DNA of 40,794 nt from a virus (Duplodnaviria > Caudoviricetes), in the IMG/VR virus record IMGVR_UViG_3300020045_001198, positions 1 to 40,794 of that record, one strand, 5' to 3'. A model generated the notes under the pieces. It searched no databases. It saw only the letters and a list, made by a program, of their open reading frames with translations, and had not been told where the DNA came from. Numbering within the stretch: position 1 is the first letter of the stretch; each line of letters begins with the position of its first letter. This document shows positions 18,901-26,598 of the stretch, piece by piece. Position numbers and translations under genes: made by a program.

Positions 18901-19761
18901 GGTGGTGAGAGGGCGTATCTCGGCTTCCTGAACAAGCTCCGTGCAGACGCGTTCGACTCGTTGTACCGTGACTACAAACGTGCCGGGATTACGGTGACTC
19001 GTGAGCACGAGAAGGCCATCTCGAAATTCATCAACACTGCGACAGGTAGAGGAAGCCTTGGTTCCCTCGATCACGCTGCCGTCACCCTGAACAAGGCGTT
19101 CTTCTCGCCTCGGTTGATCGCAAGTCGTGTCCAATTACTACGTCCGAAGTTCTATAAAGACCTTCCTCCTATCGTACGAGGGAAGGCCTTGAAATCTCTC
19201 CTGTCATTCGGCGGGATAGCAGGAACAGTCCTCGGTCTTGCCAGTCTGTCAGGTCTTGAAGTAGGGACAGACCCTACCGATACTGACTACGGTAAGATTA
19301 AAGTCGGCAACACCCGGTACGACATCTTCGGAGGGTTCCAACAGTACGTAGTCCTAGGTGCTCGACTTATCGAGTGGGCTAAAGAACACAAAGATACAAT
19401 GACAGGAGAAGGTCCTGATCCTAAGTTCGGTGAGACGACGGGTAAGGATCGATTCATCAACTTCTTCTTGAACAAACTTGCTCCTGTCCCGGCTTTCTTC
19501 ACGAGTTTCTTCCGTGGTAAGAACACCATAGGAGATAAGTTTAACGGAGAGGAAGAGGCGAAGAAGCTTGTCATTCCGTTGTTCCTGCAAGATCTTTGGA
19601 AACTGTACGAAGACGGCGGAATGGAAGCTGTTCCTATGGGTATCCCTGCGGCATTCGGCGTAGGTATCTCAACGTATGAGAGGAAGAGTAAGAAAACTGA
19701 AGAAGAGCCTGTCGAAGACGAATGGTCTTTCCCGGCAGATCAACTACAACCTGCAAACTAG
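15919..19761 (+). CDS. Large internal virion/ejection protein with N-terminal peptidase M15-like domain and central zincin-like motif
   Basis: TTGFRT...SPHLTGEKLD...GDHVD; YHEALGHHGL; TAATG coupling gives start 15919. Confidence 0.8.
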   Translation: MSDEWVFPETDYYSDLQRTIPGVRFTTGFRTKEYQADMRRRGYKPAENSPHLTGEKLDLLPPEGKSMAWLRAEIQKHYPEGQINQNEGDHVDIRFPGYKWAPAVGNAAKAGITNPNRPDGAEWFFPEEGRAPPESETKQPPAPKAGGSVVSGVENPLGDTPTNLNDPLTRQLLGEQTPEAIQSMVEGSQAAGSTLGPTPEGDWGERVWNALQTGVLPEEYARQNPLMGGIDSLLRVMTAGTEAIRGTPLEGLATASPLGGMEVGGLSALGRIPKTPMRLSPEVEAGWKGVLETGTPEDIATYARQNNFDIREDMINDWVAGREGQKAEAVYANAPEGAPRADVGTDQVLQSPRAEGQFRTVKTYNDEELLQRLTGEKVPEAPVEVLEAAPAEGRLSVADIQGHVQEVMGSWKNAPETSIVQKADELPEEVLNDIKDQGLENDVMGFEHNGKITYIADNIDPELLSTVTYHEALGHHGLKQQFGRHLDTIVKEMYDGNKAFKAEVDAWRKDPANHGAYEEYDNPIARIAEEVLAEKANNGKIDSGTFRKLATLVKQYARKMGVKLNYSDNEIMSILSMSHDRVINGEKFSNSGDFRLLMKPAFMVRTSPIGDVTKFNDRIKELSGKPLTDDAVAELETEMARLHNLRGTSKTFDDALDKASKRLTDLEDSSNYKYMIRKSKGRALLEQKKAARAEQARKTAEAEAKRTKYAGNINMSHFRADDKVIETIREAAESLPERDVQPHLETKIKAKDLHLTEEDVVALAERGLKAEEIYGAANVSLRSGTRITKLLDRIAEGDESPQTMKEFKSEMAQFEKVMTALSDIRGDLGRGFNALNIDAKRTPASDARFMARAMEELGAGPDASPDLLRKVHKRAKELIRQSNFQEKSSTFWNEVINLPKSLMSSVDLSAPLRQGLFLIGSKAYWKAFGSMFKFAVSQKSFDGFIAEVKARDTFPNMKRGGLALTDITGSLTHREEAFMSHIQNKIPVLKHVFLGGERAYLGFLNKLRADAFDSLYRDYKRAGITVTREHEKAISKFINTATGRGSLGSLDHAAVTLNKAFFSPRLIASRVQLLRPKFYKDLPPIVRGKALKSLLSFGGIAGTVLGLASLSGLEVGTDPTDTDYGKIKVGNTRYDIFGGFQQYVVLGARLIEWAKEHKDTMTGEGPDPKFGETTGKDRFINFFLNKLAPVPAFFTSFFRGKNTIGDKFNGEEEAKKLVIPLFLQDLWKLYEDGGMEAVPMGIPAAFGVGISTYERKSKKTEEEPVEDEWSFPADQLQPAN

Positions 19762-19770
19762 GGGGATGCC

Positions 19771-20022
19771 ATGCCTGATACAAGTTTAGAACGACTCCGA
19801 GCACTTGAGGTACAGATCAGTACCTTAAATAAGGAGATGACACAGCATTTCGTAGACGACAGAGTCTTCCAAGAAAGTGTAGACGGGAAGTTAGACGAAC
19901 TCCTAGAACTCAGGAATAAAGGGATTGGGGCGTTCTGGCTTGTCTCTACTATCATAGGTGGAGGCTTTGTCGGCGCAGTCATCACGCTTCTGAACTGGTT
20001 GAAACATGCGATTTATAACTGA
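19771..20022 (+). CDS. Small coiled-coil plus C-terminal TM protein (holin/antiholin-like)
   Basis: ERLRALEVQI coiled coil; hydrophobic C-terminal segment; GGGGG SD. Confidence 0.65.
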   Translation: MPDTSLERLRALEVQISTLNKEMTQHFVDDRVFQESVDGKLDELLELRNKGIGAFWLVSTIIGGGFVGAVITLLNWLKHAIYN

Positions 20023-20263
20023 AGTTAAGGTCAGGGTTTATGCTACTCAAGAGATTCTGCTTTGCTTGGTACGTAAGTGGTGGCGACCTCTTGGTTGCGT
20101 TATCCTTGTCGGTTCTGTCGCTGTAAACTGTATCATCATACCCATACAAAAGGGCGAAGGAGTTGATCTTACCGGGTTAGCGGCAGTGATCGCGTCCTTC
20201 GCCCCGATAGTGGCGATACGTGCTTGGGAGAAGAAGGGTGAGTCTACTCCGGATGATCTCTAG
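20006..20263 (+). CDS. Putative holin (GTA 3TM-holin-like)
   Basis: WRP motif, two hydrophobic segments, C-terminal R.WEKKG. Confidence 0.7.
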   Translation: MRFITEVKVRVYATQEILLCLVRKWWRPLGCVILVGSVAVNCIIIPIQKGEGVDLTGLAAVIASFAPIVAIRAWEKKGESTPDDL

Positions 20264-20549
20264 GCCAGCCATTGGCATGACCAAGCTCGTGACAAGCAAG
20301 TCTTGCATACTCTTCCCTGTCTCCGTACAGACAAGGATTAGGTAGGACAGTCGCCCGATTCTGCATATCTGTACAGCCTAGGATATTCCAAGGGAAGTCT
20401 CCCTGCCCGTTACGACACACTTCGTCTACGGAAGTAGGAGCAAGGTAGAACACAGTGGCGTAGCCGTCCTGTTGGAACCTCTTCGGAGGCATGTCGTCTG
20501 ATACGATACCCGCCATTGCAGTAACTAAAATTAGAAGCCATTCAATCAT
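20244..20549 (-). CDS. Small secreted Zn-metallopeptidase-like protein
   Basis: Hydrophobic N-terminal signal-like segment; CHELGHANGWPRDH; four Cys; coupled to endolysin stop. Confidence 0.7.
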   Translation of the reverse strand: MIEWLLILVTAMAGIVSDDMPPKRFQQDGYATVFYLAPTSVDEVCRNGQGDFPWNILGCTDMQNRATVLPNPCLYGDREEYARLACHELGHANGWPRDHPE

Positions 20550-21070
20550 AGTATTTTCTCCAGCAGGGGCAGCAAGTCTGCCCTTTTTCCGTGCCTGAAA
20601 TCTGGTTCATAGGAAGGTTTCTTAACAGGGTAGATCGGACATGACATATCCTTAGGCCATTGATCCTTGAAGAATAGGAGTTGCTCCCTGTTCCTACGAG
20701 AGATTAATACCCTCGGTGTACGCCATTGAGACGCCTCCTCGAACCCTCCCAGTTCTATAGCCCTACCGATCTTCCCCGTATTCCAATGGAATCCCAGAGC
20801 TGCCGCTAACTCCGATTCGGATAGAGGTGCTTGGTCGAACGCTCCGTAGACCGAAGGCAGGTACTTCTCCTCCAGAAGCCACACCGTAATCTCCAGACAC
20901 TTCTCCAACGTCTGTGGCTTGTCCTTGTACCTCGGGAAGACTTCGTGTCCTGACTTGTTCGTCACTCCCCCCGCCCATGTCCACACTCCTACCGAGTCCT
21001 TGTACGCTTCCAGTACTAGTCCCTCCTCCGATAGTACGTACTGTACGATCTTTGGTGTCAATTTGTACAT
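20546..21070 (-). CDS. Endolysin, lysozyme (GH24-like)
   Basis: E-8x-D-5x-T catalytic pattern EEGLVLEAYKDSVGVWT; LISRRNRE. Confidence 0.9.
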   Translation of the reverse strand: MYKLTPKIVQYVLSEEGLVLEAYKDSVGVWTWAGGVTNKSGHEVFPRYKDKPQTLEKCLEITVWLLEEKYLPSVYGAFDQAPLSESELAAALGFHWNTGKIGRAIELGGFEEASQWRTPRVLISRRNREQLLFFKDQWPKDMSCPIYPVKKPSYEPDFRHGKRADLLPLLEKIL

Positions 21071-21521
21071 TCTGTTCCTCTTGTATTTCTAGTTGCTTCG
21101 TGTAGAACTCTTGCCAACCCTCTGCGAGGAGGGTGTTGACGATACAGATTTCCTTGTCCTTCAAGTCGGAAAGAACGACGGGCGCTGGACCTTCTCCATC
21201 AGTACGTCCGGGGCCGAAGGCAATCTCGGGCAGATCGGGCTCCCGGCTTTGACTGTCGTGCAGCTTACCAAGAGCAGAAGTAATCCTACCCCTGACAGTA
21301 ATTTCAGTCGTTGAGACATTCTTCTTACTCCTATTCTCTACGATGGTCTTCGTCTTCTTCGCATCTGTGTTTACGGCAATGACAGCATCCTTACACTGGA
21401 CCGTCTTCTCCGTCTGATGCTTCAGCATGTAGGTGAGACCTACGTTACCAGCTATGGAAAGGCCTAACGCCCCCCCGAGAAGGGAGAGGGCGTTTCCTTG
21501 TATCCAGGACAGAGGCGTCAT
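20763..21521 (-). CDS. i-spanin (Rz-like) with long C-terminal overlap on the endolysin gene
   Basis: N-terminal TM, periplasmic Cys, embedded lipoprotein gene; ATGA coupling to upstream gene. Confidence 0.7.
   Translation of the reverse strand: MTPLSWIQGNALSLLGGALGLSIAGNVGLTYMLKHQTEKTVQCKDAVIAVNTDAKKTKTIVENRSKKNVSTTEITVRGRITSALGKLHDSQSREPDLPEIAFGPGRTDGEGPAPVVLSDLKDKEICIVNTLLAEGWQEFYTKQLEIQEEQNVQIDTKDRTVRTIGGGTSTGSVQGLGRSVDMGGGSDEQVRTRSLPEVQGQATDVGEVSGDYGVASGGEVPAFGLRSVRPSTSIRIGVSGSSGIPLEYGEDR
21161..21319 (-). CDS. o-spanin (Rz1-like lipoprotein, 52 aa) embedded in the i-spanin gene; not in ORF track
   Basis: AGGAG SD; MSQRLKLLSGVGLLLLLVSC lipobox then Pro-rich TTVKAGSPICPRLPSAPDVLMEKVQRPSFFPT. 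Confidence 0.85.
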   Translation of the reverse strand: MSQRLKLLSGVGLLLLLVSCTTVKAGSPICPRLPSAPDVLMEKVQRPSFFPT

Positions 21522-21739
21522 TGAAGGGTTCCGGCTACTTCCTCACTCATTGAAGAAAGGATCACTTCCCGTGTACGAGAGAAGTACTCTAGGAAGCCCA
21601 TCATATACCCCGTCTTCCACTCGTCTGACGGATTACCTCCTACAACTGTAAGAGTGTGCTTATACAACCCCTCTGCCGCTCCTACGCCATCCTCGAAACC
21701 CTTCTGGGCTGCATCGACATCTACTTCTGTACTATCCAT
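21518..21739 (-). CDS. Hypothetical protein, possible Rmf-like helical hairpin
   Basis: GGAG SD before ATG 21739; AAQKGFEDG...NP..EWKTGYMMGF. Confidence 0.6.
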   Translation of the reverse strand: MDSTEVDVDAAQKGFEDGVGAAEGLYKHTLTVVGGNPSDEWKTGYMMGFLEYFSRTREVILSSMSEEVAGTLQ

Positions 21740-23714
21740 CTTGAACTTCTCCAATTCCTACTATCTCACATACGTTTCCAGTACAGGCGAATTCCTGAGC
21801 TCCGGTTGTGTTGTCTTCGAACTCGTACTTGCTTAGATCTTCCCAATCAATCTCAGGAAGAGGATGATCTATGAGCCACTTCTCGTATTCTTCTTCCGTT
21901 ATTTCTTGGTAAGGAGCTTGCTTGTACGTTCCTCCATCATACGGGAGAAAGCTAACGCCAGATAGCTTATCGAACTTGTCGTAGACCCAAGCTCCAACTT
22001 CCATCCATTCATCTTCTCGGACAGAGATCGTTGCCGAAGGTTTGTGTTCACACCACTCATCTTGTAGAAGCTCCCAAGTTTCTAACGCTTCAACAGCCGT
22101 TTCACCTTCTCGGACAAGCGCCCCAGTAGGTGACTTCTTCGCGAAGTAAAAGACCGTAGTACTCCCCGGAGCCATTGCGTCAGGCTCTGAGTAAACCCCT
22201 TTGTCTTTAAGAAAGGAAGTAACAGGATCTTTATTATCAGCTCGAATAGTCCGCAGATAATAAGGACTGTGACGACGGTGTAGACCACTTGAAGCATCAA
22301 CCAACTGAGAGACAGTTCCAGAAGGCTTATTGCAGGTGATCGCCGCAGACTGGGGGATTCCCAAGCGCTCAGCCCAGATTTTATTAGTCTCGACAGCGAC
22401 TGCACGAAGCTCATTCAATAGATCCTTATTCAGAATACTCGGGTTATCACAAACCCCAGTAAGACTAACACCCAGAAGACGTTCTTCGTCACAGTTCTTT
22501 TGCCATATCTTTCTTAGGTATTTGAAATCCGTAAATGTCGATTGGATGGTGCCAAGGATAGTCGCAATACGCACCTTTCGTCGTAGTCCCTCGAGGGTAT
22601 CTCCACTGCGTACGACAACCTCTGTGAGATTACAGAACTGGAAAGGTCTAAGTATGATTTCAGAACATGGGTTAGTGCCGAAATCGAACGCATGATCTCG
22701 TCTTCCATTTCGTTTTGCAATTTCTTGACATGCGAAGCGTGAGAAGAATCCTCGTTCACCTGATTTACTGTCATACAAAGCTTTCCATTCTTTCAAAAAC
22801 AAACCTGTATCAGGCCTACGCCTAGGATAGACAGCGCTGTTGTTAGCAAGACGCCTGTAACCAAAACCTTCATACCAAGCTCCTGTCTTTGCGTCACGCA
22901 TCCTTTCATCTGTCACGTCAGACAATGAGATCATCGCCGAACGACGTACACCACCAACGACTACGATGTCAGCTATCTTGCACATCAGGTCATGACATTC
23001 AAGAGTCGTTAGTCGCCGACCCGCTGCTCCAACGAAGACACGCACAGCGAACTCAAAAAGTTCGACCAGTGGTTCCGGTCCTGAAGCCCTTCCTCCAAAT
23101 GTTTTAAGTCTTGCTCCAGCAGGGCGTACTCCAGATACGTCCCATTTGGGGATTTGACCACTAATGAGTAGGGAAATAAGTTCTCGGAGGGACTTTGCCC
23201 ATCCTTCTTTACTATCTGCAACTCTAATGATAGTATCGGTGCTTGAGAACTCTTCAGATATTTTAGGGAGTTGTCTGACATATTCTTCTTCCACTGAATA
23301 TCCTACACCTGTCCCGCACATAAGAATGTACATAGCCTCGTCAAACGAACGAGGATTATCGACAGGGAGGTAGGCGCAGTTATAGGCTGCTACGTTGCAT
23401 CGTTCAAGGGCTGGGCCTGCCGTCATCAAGGCCCTCATACTTGGCATTACTTCTAGATTATAGATCGCGTCGTAGATGTCTGTAAGGACGGAGTGTTCCC
23501 CTTGATCGAACGAGAGGAAGTCGTATCGGTCTTTTACCTGTTTATAATAGAACGACGTCAGACGTTGAACTGTCTCATTCCAATCCTCTCGACGATCTTC
23601 ATTCCATCGTGCATACCTCGTCTTATAAATAATTTCCTCATAGAGTGTCGGGAAAGGATTCGTCTTCTCTCTCATAGTCTGCGTATTTCCATTTCTTTTC
23701 TTTACGTTCAACAA
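21732..23714 (-). CDS. nrdJ: Class II (adenosylcobalamin-dependent) ribonucleotide reductase
   Basis: PSMR, AYNC, VVGGVRRSA, TNPCSEI, KPSGTVSQL, C-terminal ACTGNVCEI; no beta subunit nearby. Confidence 0.93.
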   Translation of the reverse strand: MLNVKKRNGNTQTMREKTNPFPTLYEEIIYKTRYARWNEDRREDWNETVQRLTSFYYKQVKDRYDFLSFDQGEHSVLTDIYDAIYNLEVMPSMRALMTAGPALERCNVAAYNCAYLPVDNPRSFDEAMYILMCGTGVGYSVEEEYVRQLPKISEEFSSTDTIIRVADSKEGWAKSLRELISLLISGQIPKWDVSGVRPAGARLKTFGGRASGPEPLVELFEFAVRVFVGAAGRRLTTLECHDLMCKIADIVVVGGVRRSAMISLSDVTDERMRDAKTGAWYEGFGYRRLANNSAVYPRRRPDTGLFLKEWKALYDSKSGERGFFSRFACQEIAKRNGRRDHAFDFGTNPCSEIILRPFQFCNLTEVVVRSGDTLEGLRRKVRIATILGTIQSTFTDFKYLRKIWQKNCDEERLLGVSLTGVCDNPSILNKDLLNELRAVAVETNKIWAERLGIPQSAAITCNKPSGTVSQLVDASSGLHRRHSPYYLRTIRADNKDPVTSFLKDKGVYSEPDAMAPGSTTVFYFAKKSPTGALVREGETAVEALETWELLQDEWCEHKPSATISVREDEWMEVGAWVYDKFDKLSGVSFLPYDGGTYKQAPYQEITEEEYEKWLIDHPLPEIDWEDLSKYEFEDNTTGAQEFACTGNVCEIVGIGEVQDG

Positions 23715-24115
23715 CCTTCTTCGCGAATTCCCCAGAAGAGAGCATCTTCGCCATAGGGTTCCTCTTCCTTAACCGCCCTTTGCCCTTCAGTACCATCTAG
23801 AAGAATCTCCAACCGGGCGAGGGCGTTCCAAGCTGCGTGTGTAGCATGAAGTAGCCCGCTGTCACTGTCGTACGCACTCTCCTGTTCCTTCGTTAGATGT
23901 CTAGAGAGGGCATCCGAGTAACGGTTATAGCCATCTGGTACGCTCCTCCATCCGCCCCAAGTGTATTTATTAGCTCCAAAAGCTGAGACCTCAGCAACTC
24001 TTTCGAGTGCTCGGGGGAAATAACATACAACGCCTCGATAAAGTGAAGGCTTTCCTGCATCGAGTTTACTACCTTCTTCCTTTGAGGACTTTCCGAACGG
24101 ATCACTTTCAGTCAT
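23708..24115 (-). CDS. dATP/dGTP diphosphohydrolase (DUF5664-like)
   Basis: GSKLDAGK, FGANKY...W, DALSRHL, DSDSGLLH..HAAWNAL; start re-called at ATG 24115. Confidence 0.85.
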   Translation of the reverse strand: MTESDPFGKSSKEEGSKLDAGKPSLYRGVVCYFPRALERVAEVSAFGANKYTWGGWRSVPDGYNRYSDALSRHLTKEQESAYDSDSGLLHATHAAWNALARLEILLDGTEGQRAVKEEEPYGEDALFWGIREEGC

Positions 24116-24275
24116 CTCCGGTTTCATACCCTTGGAGGTCTTCCCAGTCTTTGTTAGCGTCGAGGAGAGACCTGACTCGGTCTTCAAACTGTCCTTCAGT
24201 AAGCTCTTCGAGTTCGCCGTCAGCTCCAACCCAGTAATACACTTCGTTGCCATTCTCATTCTTCTCCGTCGTCAT
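24108..24275 (-). CDS. Hypothetical acidic protein (55 aa); not in ORF track
   Basis: MTTEKNENGNEVYYWVGADGELEE...YETGDD; overlaps both neighbours by a few nt. Confidence 0.6.
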   Translation of the reverse strand: MTTEKNENGNEVYYWVGADGELEELTEGQFEDRVRSLLDANKDWEDLQGYETGDD

Positions 24276-24444
24276 ATCCTATGTCCTCTTCAATCATTGG
24301 AAGATTATCGAGTATCCTTTCTTCGAAGGCTTCCACGATATCTTCGATACCAATATCTAGCAACTCAACCAACTGCCATCCGTAGTAATAGTCTGTAATG
24401 GCAGCCTTCAAGAACTCCGGGATTTCATCATCCATTACCATCAC
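24256..24444 (-). CDS. Hypothetical acidic protein (62 aa)
   Basis: LVELLDIGIEDIVEAFEERI pattern; AAGGA/operon packing. Confidence 0.7.
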   Translation of the reverse strand: MMVMDDEIPEFLKAAITDYYYGWQLVELLDIGIEDIVEAFEERILDNLPMIEEDIGYDDGEE

Positions 24445-25183
24445 CGTATTCTTTCTTGATCCTGTCGATACCGATCCAACGGATATCGTACAGCCCGTCT
24501 TCGACGTTGTCCTTGATTACAACACCAGACGAGAACATCTCATTAGCTTGTCCGGCGTAAGCAAGTTCGAAGTCGACGTAACAACCTACCTGACAACCCA
24601 TCAGAGATCTTCCCGGAGTCTGGTCCACCTTGTAATCAAATAGATGACTATGTCCTGCCGTACGAGATTCGTGCCCCTTCATAATCATGGAATAAGCAGG
24701 GTGTATCCCCCCAATAGGACGACCGAGAACGCCACTAGGGAAGTAGTGAGCATACGCAACGCCGTCAATTCGGACGGGTTCAAGGAAGGGGTAAACCTCC
24801 CAACCAAATTCTTCAAACTTGTTGTCATTATTACTAATCCAATCTTGAAATCTGGGGTTCTCATCTACAAACCTCTGTGGGCGGATGTCGTGATTTCCCA
24901 AAGTTAATACCCAACGGGGCTGTTTCTTCTTATGTTTTCGCACCTCGTTGAACAGCTTCTCCTGTGCATCCCAACCGGCTTCTAGATCAGCTAAGTACCT
25001 CCCTCGTTCGACTTCAAGAGGTTTGGCATGAGCACAAAGGGTGGCGTGGTCTATGAGGTCTCCTATACAGACCACGACGTCTGGTTTCACGTCATGTATC
25101 AACTTACCGAGCCAGACGAACCTGTCGTTGTTGAAATCAGGGTGTGCATGAGCGTCAGGGATGATTAGATGTCTACTGGCCAC
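24428..25183 (-). CDS. Calcineurin-like metallophosphoesterase
   Basis: PDAH, GDLID, GNHD, GHSH motifs; start re-called at GTG 25183. Confidence 0.9.
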   Translation of the reverse strand: MASRHLIIPDAHAHPDFNNDRFVWLGKLIHDVKPDVVVCIGDLIDHATLCAHAKPLEVERGRYLADLEAGWDAQEKLFNEVRKHKKKQPRWVLTLGNHDIRPQRFVDENPRFQDWISNNDNKFEEFGWEVYPFLEPVRIDGVAYAHYFPSGVLGRPIGGIHPAYSMIMKGHESRTAGHSHLFDYKVDQTPGRSLMGCQVGCYVDFELAYAGQANEMFSSGVVIKDNVEDGLYDIRWIGIDRIKKEYGDGNG

Positions 25184-25649
25184 GGTTTGGTTTCCTTTTC
25201 TTTGTTTTCTTTTCACGCTTAGGAACAAACCACCCGGTGCCCTGTTCAATATAATTTGCGATCTTACGAAGAAGTTCACCATCTTTATGTTGCCCAACTA
25301 CTCGATGATTGCAGTAGGTACAAAGAGCGCCACGTATCTCACCTGTAGTATGATTGTGATCAACACATAAACGTTTTGTAAATTCTCTTTCATGCCTTTC
25401 ACAAATAAAACAGCGGCGGTCCTGTCTATCTAAAAGTTCATCATACTGTTCTTCAGTGATACCATAATTATGTTTTAAGTAACCTCTACGATTAATTGCT
25501 GCATTCTTTTCTGGATTATTTTTACGCCAGATTTGAATCTGTATTTTCTCACACTCTTTACAATGGGAGTTTTTCTTATCCTTAACAAAGCGTCTATTGA
25601 AAAACTCAGTCAGTTCTTTTTCTTCTCCGCAGTTTGTACAAATCTTCAT
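25173..25649 (-). CDS. Recombination endonuclease VII-like protein
   Basis: N-terminal CxxC...CxxC; YGIT..QY, CFIC, VDHNH.TG.IRG.LC..CN. Confidence 0.9.
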   Translation of the reverse strand: MKICTNCGEEKELTEFFNRRFVKDKKNSHCKECEKIQIQIWRKNNPEKNAAINRRGYLKHNYGITEEQYDELLDRQDRRCFICERHEREFTKRLCVDHNHTTGEIRGALCTYCNHRVVGQHKDGELLRKIANYIEQGTGWFVPKREKKTKKRKPNRGQ

Positions 25650-26485
25650 ACTTCAAATTCCGGTACATCTGGAGTTTTAATTACCCGAGTTAAATATCGG
25701 GGTCCTCCCGAATACGCAAACCCTCTTAGAGTAGGATAGCAGTGTTTTTTGTATCCGCAGTACGAGCAACCTACTGAAAGCTTCCTATTTCCGCTCTTTC
25801 CCTCTTCTTCGTCTGGATAACAACGGGGAGGGGGCTCCGGGTTAGCAAGGACTTCTTTGAGATGCGCAATCCTCTCTTCCGGTTTATGATCAGCGGCAAT
25901 GCTTGAAGAGATCGGAAGGAGGCAAATATCTCCAGAGACCTTGTTAAAGGCAAGGAAGGCGGGAGAATGACCAGGGGTGAGGACGTTGCTGTATCCGCAT
26001 AGTTGGTCGATATATTGTTTAGAAAAGATATCTCCGTATATGTTGTTCTCCGCAAACTTCTTGTACGACAACGGAGAAGCACTCTTGACATCAACTACGA
26101 CACCGTCGATAACCGCATCGATATGTCCTTTAACACCTAGTACCTCTACCTCTGCCTGTTCGTGAGTGACTTCATGTCCTGCTTCCTTAGCTAGGAAGAG
26201 ACAAAGCTGTTCGATGACATCCCCGTACAGGAAGAGGAAGTACGTCCTACTCTTCAGTTCTTCTTCTTGGAGACCTTGTCCTTTGTACCAGATTTGCCTG
26301 TCCGGCTTACCCAGAGAGGAAAACCGAAGGGGGGATGAAAAGTCTTCTCGTTGTGACAATCTTGTTCGAAGGAGGTCTTTGATATTTTCTGCGAACTCGG
26401 AGAGGTTTTCTTCATCTGGTGTATGGGTCTTCTTAGGGTCGAACAAATCGTAAATGTCAGTGACTAAGGTGCTGATTTCCGCCAT
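25646..26485 (-). CDS. PD-(D/E)XK Cas4-like exonuclease
   Basis: GHIDAVIDGVVVDVKS, Y..QL..Y, C-terminal CSYCGYKKHC. Confidence 0.85.
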   Translation of the reverse strand: MAEISTLVTDIYDLFDPKKTHTPDEENLSEFAENIKDLLRTRLSQREDFSSPLRFSSLGKPDRQIWYKGQGLQEEELKSRTYFLFLYGDVIEQLCLFLAKEAGHEVTHEQAEVEVLGVKGHIDAVIDGVVVDVKSASPLSYKKFAENNIYGDIFSKQYIDQLCGYSNVLTPGHSPAFLAFNKVSGDICLLPISSSIAADHKPEERIAHLKEVLANPEPPPRCYPDEEEGKSGNRKLSVGCSYCGYKKHCYPTLRGFAYSGGPRYLTRVIKTPDVPEFEV

Positions 26486-26598
26486 TCGGAATCCTTCTTC
26501 TGGAGTTCTTCTAACCTTTTATGATTGTTGGGATTCATCTCATTATTGAGAAGCTCCCACTGAAGAAACCAAAGTTCCTTCTGTTCTTCATCAGTCAA
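26464..26598 (-). CDS. Hypothetical protein (44 aa); not in ORF track
   Basis: GGGAG SD, TTG start, MTDEEQKELWFLQWELL...; fills the gap between neighbours. Confidence 0.55.
   Translation of the reverse strand: MTDEEQKELWFLQWELLNNEMNPNNHKRLEELQKKDSEWRKSAP

Noticed and set aside
23708-24115. 2-aminoadenine (Z-genome) pathway
   Set aside because: No PurZ/adenylosuccinate synthetase-like or HD-domain dATPase gene recognisable in the window.
24116-24259. N-terminal 48 aa of the 183-aa ORF
   Set aside because: Better explained by a separate 55-aa gene in another frame (24108..24275) coupled to ATG 24115.
25646-26485. CRISPR-Cas system suggested by the Cas4-like nuclease
   Set aside because: No repeat-spacer array or other cas gene seen; solo Cas4-like nucleases are common in phage replication modules.
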